From contig CM102287.1 of NCBI GenBank assembly GCA_046563655.1, forward strand, positions 558,001 through 622,000: a stretch of 64,000 nucleotides of DNA. The letters are read 5' to 3'. Position numbers and translations under genes: made by a program. Source of the DNA: Yuukianura sp. NJ FZ-2021 (Eukaryota). Below, piece by piece: positions 19,242-34,200 of the stretch (the first letter of the stretch is position 1; each line of letters starts with the position of its first letter). Under the pieces are notes generated by a model. The model was not told the origin of the DNA, searched no databases, and saw only the letters and a program-made list of their open reading frames with translations.

Positions 19242-22200
19242 AGTGGAATTTATGCCTTGTTATCGCTTATAACCATCTGCAAGGAACGCATCTAATACCG
19301 GTCCACTTTGTCGTAGTGCATCAACGACTATTACACACGGTGAACCACTTGTTGTCAGCCTTCATTTTTGAGCACAAAGGAGAAGTGCCGGTGAAATGAC
19401 AAGCTCGCCCTCACTACAGATACCAACCAGTACTCATTTTGACACGATGAATCACAATGACTCCGACGGCAATGGAACTTCAGGGGTTCCCATTATTACA
19501 TTTTCTACATCAAAATCGAACATTCAGCATTATTTGTTATTTTGATTAAAATTTTTAGGAAATACTTTTTTATGTCATACTACCACCTTGCACTTCCAAT
19601 AAAGCACACCTGAATAACTGGTGTTCAACAATAATCTGGAATTATATTTTAGCCCAACTCCACTATGCAACAAGTGCATAAATCTAACTGTCATTTTGGT
19701 ATAAACTAATGTGGGAACTATACAACGAAGTTTTAAACATACTGAAAAATGGAATTTATGCCTTGTTATCGCTTATAACCATCTTCATGGAACGCATCTA
19801 ATAAAGGTCCACTTTGTCGTAGTGCATCAACGACTATTACACACGGTGAACCACTTGTTGTCAGCCTTCATCTTTGAGCACAAAGGAGAAGTGCCGGTGA
19901 AATGACAAGCTCTCCCTCACTACAGATACCAACCAGTACTCATTTTGACACGATGAATCACAATGACTCCGACGGCAATGGAACTTCAGGGGTTCCCATT
20001 ATTACATTTTCTACATCAAAATCGAACATTCAGCATTATTTGTTATTTTGATTAAAATTTTTAGGAAATACTTTTTTATGTCATACTACCACCTTGCACT
20101 TCCAATAAAGCACACCTGAATAACTGGTGTTCAACAATAATCTGGAATTATATTTTAGCCCAACTCCACTATGCAACAAGTGCATAAATCTAACTGTCAT
20201 TTTGGTATAAACTAATGTGGGAACTATACAACGAAGTTTTAAACATACTGAAAAATGGAATTTATGCCTTGTTATCGCTTATAACCATCTTCATGGAACG
20301 CATCTAATAAAGGTCCACTTTGTCGTAGTGCATCAACGACTATTACACACGGTGAACCACTTGTTGTCAGCCTTAATTTTTGAGCACAAAGGAGAAGTGC
20401 CGGTGAAATGACAAGCTCGCCCTCACTACAGTTACCAACCAGTACTCATTTTGACACTACGAATCACAATGACTCCGACGGCAATGGAACTTCAGGGGAT
20501 CCCATTATTACATTTTCTAAATCAAAATCGAACATTCAGCATTATTTGTTATTTTGATTAAAATTGTTTGAAAAGACTTTTATGTCATACTACCACCTTG
20601 CACTTCCAATAAAGCACACCTGAATAACTGGTGTTCAACAATAATCTGGAATTATATTTTAGCCCAACTCCACTATGCAACAAGTGCATAAATCTAACTG
20701 TCATTTTGGTATAAACTAATGTGGGAACTATACAACGAAGTTTTAAACATACTGAAAAGTGGACTTTATGCCTTGTTATCGCTTATAACCATCCTCAAGT
20801 AACGCATCTAATACCGGTCCACTTTGTCGTAGTGCATCAACGACTATTACACACGGTGAACCACTTGTTGTCAGCCTTCATCTTTGAGCACAAAGGAGAA
20901 GTGCCGGTGAAATGACAAGCTCGCCCTCACTACAGTTACCAACCAGTACTCATTTTGACACTACGAATCACAATGACTCCGACGGCAATGGAACTTCAGG
21001 GGTTCCCATTATTACATTTTCTACATCAAAATCGAACATTCAGCATTATTTGTTATTTTGATTAAAATTTTTAGGAAATACTTTTTTATGTCATACTACC
21101 ACCTTGCACTTCCAATAAAGCACACCTGAATAACTGGTGTTCAACAATAATCTGGAATTATATTTTAGCCCAACTCCACTATGCAACAAGTGCATAAATC
21201 TAACTGTCATTTTGGTATAAACTAATGTGGGAACTATACAACGAAGTTTTAAACATACTGAAAAATGGAATTTATGCCTTGTTATCGCTTATAACCATCT
21301 TCATGGAACGCATCTAATAAAGGTCCACTTTGTCGTAGTGCATCAACGACTATTACACACGGTGAACCACTTGTTGTCAGCCTTCATCTTTGAGCACAAA
21401 GGAGAAGTGCCGGTGAAATGACAAGCTCTCCCTCACTACAGATACCAACCAGTACTCATTTTGACACGATGAATCACAATGACTCCGACGGCAATGGAAC
21501 TTCAGGGGTTCCCATTATTACATTTTCTACATCAAAATCGAACATTCAGCATTATTTGTTATTTTGATTAAAATTTTTAGGAAATACTTTTTTATGTCAT
21601 ACTACCACCTTGCACTTCCAATAAAGCACACCTGAATAACTGGTGTTCAACAATAATCTGGAATTATATTTTAGCCCAACTCCACTATGCAACAAGTGCA
21701 TAAATCTAACTGTCATTTTGGTATAAACTAATGTGGGAACTATACAACGAAGTTTTAAACATACTGAAAAATGGAATTTATGCCTTGTTATCGCTTATAA
21801 CCATCTTCATGGAACGCATCTAATAAAGGTCCACTTTGTCGTAGTGCATCAACGACTATTACACACGGTGAACCACTTGTTGTCAGCCTTAATTTTTGAG
21901 CACAAAGGAGAAGTGCCGGTGAAATGACAAGCTCGCCCTCACTACAGTTACCAACCAGTACTCATTTTGACACTACGAATCACAATGACTCCGACGGCAA
22001 TGGAACTTCAGGGGATCCCATTATTACATTTTCTAAATCAAAATCGAACATTCAGCATTATTTGTTATTTTGATTAAAATTGTTTGAAAAGACTTTTATG
22101 TCATACTACCACCTTGCACTTCCAATAAAGCACACCTGAATAACTGGTGTTCAACAATAATCTGGAATTATATTTTAGCCCAACTCCACTATGCAACAAG

Positions 22201-25200
22201 TGCATAAATCTAACTGTCATTTTGGTATAAACTAATGTGGGAACTATACAACGAAGTTTTAAACATACTGAAAAGTGGACTTTATGCCTTGTTATCGCTT
22301 ATAACCATCCTCAAGTAACGCATCTAATACCGGTCCACTTTGTCGTAGTGCATCAACGACTATTACACACGGTGAACCACTTGTTGTCAGCCTTCATCTT
22401 TGAGCACAAAGGAGAAGTGCCGGTGAAATGACAAGCTCGCCCTCACTACAGATACCTGCCAGTACTCATTTTGACACTACGAATCACAATGACTCCGACG
22501 GCAATGGAACTTCAGGGGATCCCATTATTACATTTTCTAAATCAAAATCGAACATTCAGCATTATTTGTTATTTTGATTAAAATTTTTAGGAAATACTTT
22601 TTTATGTCATACTACCACCTTGCACTTCCAATAAAGCACACCTGAATAACTGGTGTTCAACAATAATCTGGAATTATATTTTAGCCCAACTCCACTATGC
22701 AACAAGTGCATAAATCTAACTGTCATTTTGGTATAAACTAATGTGGGAACTATACAACGAAGTTTTAAACATACTGAAAAGTGGAATTTATGCCTTGTTA
22801 TCGCTTATAACCATCTGCAAGGAACGCATCTAATACCGGTCCACTTTGTCGTAGTGCATCAACGACTATTACACACGGTGAACCACTTGTTGTCAGCCTT
22901 CATTTTTGAGCACAAAGGAGAAGTGCCGGTGAAATGACAAGCTCGCCCTCACTACAGATACCAACCAGTACTCATTTTGACACGATGAATCACAATGACT
23001 CCGACGGCAATGGAACTTCAGGGGTTCCCATTATTACATTTTCTACATCAAAATCGAACATTCAGCATTATTTGTTATTTTGATTAAAATTTTTAGGAAA
23101 TACTTTTTTATGTCATACTACCACCTTGCACTTCCAATAAAGCACACCTGAATAACTGGTGTTCAACAATAATCTGGAATTATATTTTAGCCCAACTCCA
23201 CTATGCAACAAGTGCATAAATCTAACTGTCATTTTGGTATAAACTAATGTGGGAACTATACAACGAAGTTTTAAACATACTGAAAAATGGAATTTATGCC
23301 TTGTTATCGCTTATAACCATCTTCATGGAACGCATCTAATAAAGGTCCACTTTGTCGTAGTGCATCAACGACTATTACACACGGTGAACCACTTGTTGTC
23401 AGCCTTAATTTTTGAGCACAAAGGAGAAGTGCCGGTGAAATGACAAGCTCGCCCTCACTACAGTTACCAACCAGTACTCATTTTGACACTACGAATCACA
23501 ATGACTCCGACGGCAATGGAACTTCAGGGGATCCCATTATTACATTTTCTAAATCAAAATCGAACATTCAGCATTATTTGTTATTTTGATTAAAATTGTT
23601 TGAAAAGACTTTTTTGTCATACTACCACCTTGCACTTCCAATAAAGCACACCTGAATAACTGGTGTTCAACAATAATCTGGAATTATATTTTAGCCCAAC
23701 TCCACTATGCAACAAGTGCATAAATCTAACTGTCATTTTGGTATAAACTAATGTGGGAACTATACAACGAAGTTTTAAACATACTGAAAAGTGGAATTTA
23801 TGCCTTGTTATCGCTTATAACCATCTTCAAATAACGCATCTAATACCGGTCCACTTTGTCGTAGTGCATCAACGACTATTACACACGGTGAACCACTTGT
23901 TGTCAGCCTTCATCTTTGAGCACAAAGGAGAAGTGCCGGTGAAATGACAAGCTCGCCCTCACTACAGATACCAACCAGTACTCATTTTGACACGATGAAT
24001 CACAATGACTCCGACGGCAATGGAACTTCAGGGGTTCCCATTATTACATTTTCTACATCAAAATCGAACATTCAGCATTATTTGTTATTTTGATTAAAAT
24101 TTTTAGGAAATACTTTTTTATGTCATACTACCACCTTGCACTTCCAATAAAGCACACCTGAATAACTGGTGTTCAACAATAATCTGGAATTATATTTTAG
24201 CCCAACTCCACTATGCAACAAGTGCATAAATCTAACTGTCATTTTGGTATAAACTAATGTGGGAACTATACAACGAAGTTTTAAACATACTGAAAAGTGG
24301 AATTTATGCCTTGTTATCGCTTATAACCATCCTCAAGTAACGCATCTAATACCGGTCCACTTTGTCGTAGTGCATCAACGACTATTACACACGGTGAACC
24401 ACTTGTTGTCAGCCTTCATCTTTGAGCACAAAGGAGAAGTGCCGGTGAAATGACAAGCTCGCCCTCACTACAGATACCTGCCAGTACTCATTTTGACACT
24501 ACGAATCACAATGACTCCGACGGCAATGGAACTTCAGGGGATCCCATTATTACATTTTCTAAATCAAAATCGAACATTCAGCATTATTTGTTATTTTGAT
24601 TAAAATTTTTAGGAAATACTTTTTTATGTCATACTACCACCTTGCACTTCCAATAAAGCACACCTGAATAACTGGTGTTCAACAATAATCTGGAATTATA
24701 TTTTAGCCCAACTCCACTATGCAACAAGTGCATAAATCTAACTGTCATTTTGGTATAAACTAATGTGGGAACTATACAACGAAGTTTTAAACATACTGAA
24801 AAGTGGAATTTATGCCTTGTTATCGCTTATAACCATCTTCAAATAACGCATCTAATACCGGTCCACTTTGTCGTAGTGCATCAACGACTATTACACACGG
24901 TGAACCACTTGTTGTCAGCCTTCATTTTTGAGCACAAAGGAGAAGTGCCGGTGAAATGACAAGCTCGCCCTCACTACAGATACCAACCAGTACTCATTTT
25001 GACACGATGAATCACAATGACTCCGACGGCAATGGAACTTCAGGGGATCCCATTATTACATTTTCTAAATCAAAATCGAACATTCAGCATTATTTGTTAT
25101 TTTGATTAAAATTTTTAGGAAATACTTTTTTATGTCATACTACCACCTTGCACTTCCAATAAAGCACACCTGAATAACTGGTGTTCAACAATAATCTGGA

Positions 25201-28200
25201 ATTATATTTTAGCCCAACTCCACTATGCAACAAGTGCATAAATCTAACTGTCATTTTGGTATAAACTAATGTGGGAACTATACAACGAAGTTTTAAACAT
25301 ACTGAAAAATGGAATTTATGCCTTGTTATCGCTTATAACCATCTGCAAGGAACGCATCTAATACCGGTCCACTTTGTCGTAGTGCATCAACGACTATTAC
25401 ACACGGTGAACCACTTGTTGTCAGCCTTCATTTTTGAGCACAAAGGAGAAGTGCCGGTGAAATGACAAGCTCGCCCTCACTACAGATACCAACCAGTACT
25501 CATTTTGACACGATGAATCACAATGACTCCGACGGCAATGGAACTTCAGGGGTTCCCATTATTACATTTTCTACATCAAAATCGAACATTCAGCATTATT
25601 TGTTATTTTGATTAAAATTTTTAGGAAATACTTTTTTATGTCATACTACCACCTTGCACTTCCAATAAAGCACACCTGAATAACTGGTGTTCAACAATAA
25701 TCTGGAATTATATTTTAGCCCAACTTCACTATGCAACAAGTGCATAAATCTAACTGTCATTTTGGTATAAACTAATGTGGGAACTATACAACGAAGTTTT
25801 AAACATACTGAAAAGTGGAATTTATGCCTTGTTATCGCTTATAACCATCTTCAAATAACGCATCTAATACCGGTCCACTTTGTCGTAGTGCATCAACGAC
25901 TATTACACACGGTGAACCACTTGTTGTCAGCCTTCATCTTTGAGCACAAAGGAGAAGTGCCGGTGAAATGACAAGCTCGCCCTCACTACAGATACCAACC
26001 AGTACTCATTTTGACACGATGAATCACAATGACTCCGACGGCAATGGAACTTCAGGGGTTCCCATTATTACATTTTCTACATCAAAATCGAACATTCAGC
26101 ATTATTTGTTATTTTGATTAAAATTTTTAGGAAATACTTTTTTATGTCATACTACCACCTTGCACTTCCAATAAAGCACACCTGAATAACTGGTGTTCAA
26201 CAATAATCTGGAATTATATTTTAGCCCAACTCCACTATGCAACAAGTGCATAAATCTAACTGTCATTTTGGTATAAACTAATGTGGGAACTATACAACGA
26301 AGTTTTAAACATACTGAAAAGTGGAATTTATGCCTTGTTATCGCTTTTAACCATCTGCAAGGAACGCATCTAATACCGGTCCACTTTGTCGTAGTGCATC
26401 AACGACTATTACACACGGTGAACCACTTGTTGTCAGCCTTCATTTTTGAGCACAAAGGAGAAGTGCCGGTGAAATGACAAGCTCGCCCTCACTACAGATA
26501 CCAACCAGTACTCATTTTGACACGATGAATCACAATGACTCCGACGGCAATGGAACTTCAGGGGTTCCCATTATTACATTTTCTACATCAAAATCGAACA
26601 TTCAGCATTATTTGTTATTTTGATTAAAATTTTTAGGAAATACTTTTTTATGTCATACTACCACCTTGCACTTCCAATAAAGCACACCTGAATAACTGGT
26701 GTTCAACAATAATCTGGAATTATATTTTAGCCCAACTCCACTATGCAACAAGTGCATAAATCTAACTGTCATTTTGGTATAAACTAATGTGGGAACTATA
26801 CAACGAAGTTTTAAACATACTGAAAAGTGGAATTTATGCCTTGTTATCGCTTATAACCATCTTCAAATAACGCATCTAATACCGGTCCACTTTGTCGTAG
26901 TGCATCAACGACTATTACACACGGTGAACCACTTGTTGTCAGCCTTCATCTTTGAGCACAAAGGAGAAGTGCCGGTGAAATGACAAGCTCGCCCTCACTA
27001 CAGATACCAACCAGTACTCATTTTGACACGATGAATCACAATGACTCCGACGGCAATGGAACTTCAGGGGTTCCCATTATTACATTTTCTACATCAAAAT
27101 CGAACATTCAGCATTATTTGTTATTTTGATTAAAATTTTTAGGAAATACTTTTTTATGTCATACTACCACCTTGCACTTCCAATAAAGCACACCTGAATA
27201 ACTGGTGTTCAACAATAATCTGGAATTATATTTTAGCCCAACTCCACTATGCAACAAGTGCATAAATCTAACTGTCATTTTGGTATAAACTAATGTGGGA
27301 ACTATACAACGAAGTTTTAAACATACTGAAAAGTGGAATTTATGCCTTGTTATCGCTTATAACCATCTGCAAGGAACGCATCTAATACCGGTCCACTTTG
27401 TCGTAGTGCATCAACGACTATTACACACGGTGAACCACTTGTTGTCAGCCTTCATTTTTGAGCACAAAGGAGAAGTGCCGGTGAAATGACAAGCTCGCCC
27501 TCACTACAGATACCAACCAGTACTCATTTTGACACGATGAATCACAATGACTCCGACGGCAATGGAACTTCAGGGGTTCCCATTATTACATTTTCTACAT
27601 CAAAATCGAACATTCAGCATTATTTGTTATTTTGATTAAAATTTTTAGGAAATACTTTTTTATGTCATACTACCACCTTGCACTTCCAATAAAGCACACC
27701 TGAATAACTGGTGTTCAACAATAATCTGGAATTATATTTTAGCCCAACTCCACTATGCAACAAGTGCATAAATCTAACTGTCATTTTGGTATAAACTAAT
27801 GTGGGAACTATACAACGAAGTTTTAAACATACTGAAAAATGGAATTTATGCCTTGTTATCGCTTATAACCATCTTCATGGAACGCATCTAATAAAGGTCC
27901 ACTTTGTCGTAGTGCATCAACGACTATTACACACGGTGAACCACTTGGTGTCAGCCTTAATTTTTGAGCACAAAGGAGAAGTGCCGGTGAAATGACAAGC
28001 TCGCCCTCACTACAGTTACCAACCAGTACTCATTTTGACACTACGAATCACAATGACTCCGACGGCAATGGAACTTCAGGGGATCCCATTATTACATTTT
28101 CTAAATCAAAATCGAACATTCAGCATTATTTGTTATTTTGATTAAAATTGTTTGAAAAGACTTTTTTGTCATACTACCACCTTGCACTTCCAATAAAGCA

Positions 28201-31200
28201 CACCTGAATAACTGGTGTTCAACAATAATCTGGAATTATATTTTAGCCCAACTCCACTATGCAACAAGTGCATAAATCTAACTGTCATTTTGGTATAAAC
28301 TAATGTGGGAACTATACAACGAAGTTTTAAACATACTGAAAAGTGGAATTTATGCCTTGTTATCGCTTATAACCATCTTCAAATAACGCATCTAATACCG
28401 GTCCACTTTGTCGTAGTGCATCAACGACTATTACACACGGTGAACCACTTGTTGTCAGCCTTCATCTTTGAGCACAAAGGAGAAGTGCCGGTGAAATGAC
28501 AAGCTCGCCCTCACTACAGATACCAACCAGTACTCATTTTGACACGATGAATCACAATGACTCCGACGGCAATGGAACTTCAGGGGATCCCATTATTACA
28601 TTTTCTACATCAAAATCGAACATTCAGCATTATTTGTTATTTTGATTAAAATTTTTAGGAAATACTTTTTTATGTCATACTACCACCTTGCACTTCCAAT
28701 AAAGCACACCTGAATAACTGGTGTTCAACAATAATCTGGAATTATATTTTAGCCCAACTCCACTATGCAACAAGTGCATAAATCTAACTGTCATTTTGGT
28801 ATAAACTAATGTGGGAACTATACAACGAAGTTTTAAACATACTGAAAAATGGAATTTATGCCTTGTTATCGCTTATAACCATCTTCATGGAACGCATCTA
28901 ATAAAGGTCCACTTTGTCGTAGTGCATCAACGACTATTACACACGGTGAACCACTTGTTGTCAGCCTTAATTTTTGAGCACAAAGGAGAAGTGCCGGTGA
29001 AATGACAAGCTCGCCCTCACTACAGATACCAACCAGTACTCATTTTGACACTACGAATCACAATGACTCCGACGGCAATGGAACTTCAGGGGTTCCCATT
29101 ATTACATTTTCTAAATCAAAATCGAACATTCAGCATTATTTGTTATTTTGATTAAAATTGTTTGAAAAGACTTTTTTGTCATACTACCACCTTGCACTTC
29201 CAATAAAGCACACCTGAATAACTGGTGTTCAACAATAATCTGGAATTATATTTTAGCCCAACTCCACTATGCAACAAGTGCATAAATCTAACTGTCATTT
29301 TGGTATAAACTAATGTGGGAACTATACAACGAAGTTTTAAACATACTGAAAAGTGGAATTTATGCCTTGTTATCGCTTATAACCATCTTCAAATAACGCA
29401 TCTAATACCGGTCCACTTTGTCGTAGTGCATCAACGACTATTACACACGGTGAACCACTTGTTGTCAGCCTTCATTTTTGAGCACAAAGGAGAAGTGCCG
29501 GTGAAATGACAAGCTCGCCCTCACTACAGATACCAACCAGTACTCATTTTGACACGATGAATCACAATGACTCCGACGGCAATGGAACTTCAGGGGATCC
29601 CATTATTACATTTTCTAAATCAAAATCGAACATTCAGCATTATTTGTTATTTTGATTAAAATTGTTAGAAAAGACTTTTTAATGTCATACTACCACCTTG
29701 CACTTCCAATAAAGCACACCTGAATAACTGGTGTTCAACAATAATCTGGAATTATATTTTAGCCCAACTCCACTATGCAACAAGTGCATAAATCTAACTG
29801 TCATTTTGGTATAAACTAATGTGGGAACTATACAACGAAGTTTTAAACATACTGAAAAATGGAATTTATGCCTTGTTATCGCTTATAACCATCTGCAAGG
29901 AACGCATCTAATACCGGTCCACTTTGTCGTAGTGCATCAACGACTATTACACACGGTGAACCACTTGTTGTCAGCCTTCATTTTTGAGCACAAAGGAGAA
30001 GTGCCGGTGAAATGACAAGCTCGCCCTCACTACAGATACCAACCAGTACTCATTTTGACACGATGAATCACAATGACTCCGACGGCAATGGAACTTCAGG
30101 GGTTCCCATTATTACATTTTCTACATCAAAATCGAACATTCAGCATTATTTGTTATTTTGATTAAAATTTTTAGGAAATACTTTTTTATGTCATACTACC
30201 ACCTTGCACTTCCAATAAAGCACACCTGAATAACTGGTGTTCAACAATAATCTGGAATTATATTTTAGCCCAACTCCACTATGCAACAAGTGCATAAATC
30301 TAACTGTCATTTTGGTATAAACTAATGTGGGAACTATACAACGAAGTTTTAAACATACTGAAAAGTGGAATTTATGCCTTGTTATCGCTTATAACCATCT
30401 GCAAGGAACGCATCTAATACCGGTCCACTTTGTCGTAGTGCATCAACGACTATTACACACGGTGAACCACTTGTTGTCAGCCTTCATTTTTGAGCACAAA
30501 GGAGAAGTGCCGGTGAAATGACAAGCTCGCCCTCACTACAGATACCAACCAGTACTCATTTTGACACGATGAATCACAATGACTCCGACGGCAATGGAAC
30601 TTCAGGGGATCCCATTATTACATTTTCTAAATCAAAATCGAACATTCTGCATTATTTGTTATTTTGAGTAAAATTGTTAGAAAAGACTTTTTAATGTCAT
30701 ACTACCACCTTGCACTTCCAATAAAGCACACCTGAATAACTGGTGTTCAACAATAATCTGGAATTATATTTTAGCCCAACTCCACTATGCAACAAGTGCA
30801 TAAATCTAACTGTCATTTTGGTATAAACTAATGTGGGAACTATACAACGAAGTTTTAAACATACTGAAAAATGGAATTTATGCCTTGTTATCGCTTATAA
30901 CCATCTGCAAGGAACGCATCTAATACCGGTCCACTTTGTCGTAGTGCATCAACGACTATTACACACGGTGAACCACTTGTTGTCAGCCTTCATTTTTGAG
31001 CACAAAGGAGAAGTGCCGGTGAAATGACAAGCTCGCCCTCACTACAGATACCAACCAGTACTCATTTTGACACGATGAATCACAATGACTCCGACGGCAA
31101 TGGAACTTCAGGGGTTCCCATTATTACATTTTCTACATCAAAATCGAACATTCAGCATTATTTGTTATTTTGATTAAAATTTTTAGGAAATACTTTTTTA

Positions 31201-34200
31201 TGTCATACTACCACCTTGCACTTCCAATAAAGCACACCTGAATAACTGGTGTTCAACAATAATCTGGAATTATATTTTAGCCCAACTCCACTATGCAACA
31301 AGTGCATAAATCTAACTGTCATTTTGGTATAAACTAATGTGGGAACTATACAACGAAGTTTTAAACATACTGAAAAATGGAATTTATGCCTTGTTATCGC
31401 TTATAACCATCTTCATGGAACGCATCTAATACCGGTCCACTTTGTCGTAGTGCATCAACGACTATTACACACGGTGAACCACTTGTTGTCAGCCTTCATC
31501 TTTGAGCACAAAGGAGAAGTGCCGGTGAAATGACAAGCTCGCCCTCACTACAGATACCAACCAGTACTCATTTTGACACTATGAATCACAATGACTCCGA
31601 CGGCAATGGAACTTCAGGGGTTCCCATTATTACATTTTCTAAATCAAAATCGAACATTCAGCATTATTTGTTATTTTGATTAAAATTTTTAGGAAATACT
31701 TTTTTATGTCATACTACCACCTTGCACTTCCAATAAAGCACACCTGAATAACTGGTGTTCAACAATAATCTGGAATTATATTTTAGCCCAACTCCACTAT
31801 GCAACAAGTGCATAAATCTAACTGTCATTTTGGTATAAACTAATGTGGGAACTATACAACGAAGTTTTAAACATACTGAAAAATGGAATTTATGCCTTGT
31901 TATCGCTTATAACCATCTGCAAGGAACGCATCTAATACCGGTCCACTTTGTCGTAGTGCATCAACGACTATTACACACGGTGAACCACTTGTTGTCAGCC
32001 TTCATTTTTGAGCACAAAGGAGAAGTGCCGGTGAAATGACAAGCTCGCCCTCACTACAGTTACCAACCAGTACTCATTTTGACACTACGAATCACAATGA
32101 CTCCGACGGCAATGGAACTTCAGGGGATCCCATTATTACATTTTCTAAATCAAAATCGAACATTCAGCATTATTTGTTATTTTGATTAAAATTTTTAGGA
32201 AATACTTTTTTATGTCATACTACCACCTTGCACTTCCAATAAAGCACACCTGAATAACTGGTGTTCAACAATAATCTGGAATTATATTTTAGCCCAACTC
32301 CACTATGCAACAAGTGCATAAATCTAACTGTCATTTTGGTATAAACTAATGTGGGAACTATACAACGAAGTTTTAAACATACTGAAAAATGGAATTTATG
32401 CCTTGTTATCGCTTATAACCATCTTCATGGAACGCATCTAATAAAGGTCCACTTTGTCGTAGTGCATCAACGACTATTACACACGGTGAACCACTTGTTG
32501 TCAGCCTTAATTTTTGAGCACAAAGGAGAAGTGCCGGTGAAATGACAAGCTCGCCCTCACTACAGTTACCAACCAGTACTCATTTTGACACTACGAATCA
32601 CAATGACTCCGACGGCAATGGAACTTCAGGGGATCCCATTATTACATTTTCTAAATCAAAATCGAACATTCAGCATTATTTGTTATTTTGATTAAAATTG
32701 TTTGAAAAGACTTTTTTGTCATACTACCACCTTGCACTTCCAATAAAGCACACCTGAATAACTGGTGTTCAACAATAATCTGGAATTATATTTTAGCCCA
32801 ACTCCACTATGCAACAAGTGCATAAATCTAACTGTCATTTTGGTATAAACTAATGTGGGAACTATACAACGAAGTTTTAAACATACTGAAAAGTGGAATT
32901 TATGCCTTGTTATCGCTTATAACCATCTTCAAATAACGCATCTAATACCGGTCCACTTTGTCGTAGTGCATCAACGACTATTACACACGGTGAACCACTT
33001 GTTGTCAGCCTTCATTTTTGAGCACAAAGGAGAAGTGCCGGTGAAATGACAAGCTCGCCCTCACTACAGATACCAACCAGTACTCATTTTGACACGATGA
33101 ATCACAATGACTCCGACGGCAATGGAACTTCAGGGGTTCCCATTATTACATTTTCTACATCAAAATCGAACATTCAGCATTATTTGTTATTTTGATTAAA
33201 ATTTTTAGGAAATACTTTTTTATGTCATACTACCACCTTGCACTTCCAATAAAGCACACCTGAATAACTGGTGTTCAACAATAATCTGGAATTATATTTT
33301 AGCCCAACTCCACTATGCAACAAGTGCATAAATCTAACTGTCATTTTGGTATAAACTAATGTGGGAACTATACAACGAAGTTTTAAACATACTGAAAAAT
33401 GGAATTTATGCCTTGTTATCGCTTATAACCATCTTCATGGAACGCATCCAATAAAGGCCCACTTTGTCGTAGTGCATCAACGACTATTACACACGGTGAA
33501 CCACTTGTTGTCAGCCTTAATTTTTGAGCACAAAGGAGAAGTGCCGGTGAAATGACAAGCTCGCCCTCACTACAGTTACCAACCAGTACTCATTTTGACA
33601 CGATGAATCACAATGACTCCGACGGCAATGGAACTTCAGGGGTTCCCATTATTACATTTTCTACATCAAAATCGAACATTCAGCATTATTTGTTATTTTG
33701 ATTAAAATTTTTAGGAAATACTTTTTTATGTCATACTACCACCTTGCACTTCCAATAAAGCACACCTGAATAACTGGTGTTCAACAATAATCTGGAATTA
33801 TATTTTAGCCCAACTCCACTATGCAACAAGTGCATAAATCTAACTGTCATTTTGGTATAAACTAATGTGGGAACTATACAACGAAGTTTTAAACATACTG
33901 AAAAATGGAATTTATGCCTTGTTATCGCTTATAACCATCTTCATGGAACGCATCTAATACCGGTCCACTTTGTCGTAGTGCATCAACGACTATTACACAC
34001 GGTGAACCACTTGTTGTCAGCCTTCATTTTTGAGCACAAAGGAGAAGTGCCGGTGAAATGACAAGCTCGCCCTCACTACAGATACCAACCAGTACTCATT
34101 TTGACACGATGAATCACAATGACTCCGACGGCAATGGAACTTCAGGGGTTCCCATTATTACATTTTCTACATCAAAATCGAACATTCAGCATTATTTGTT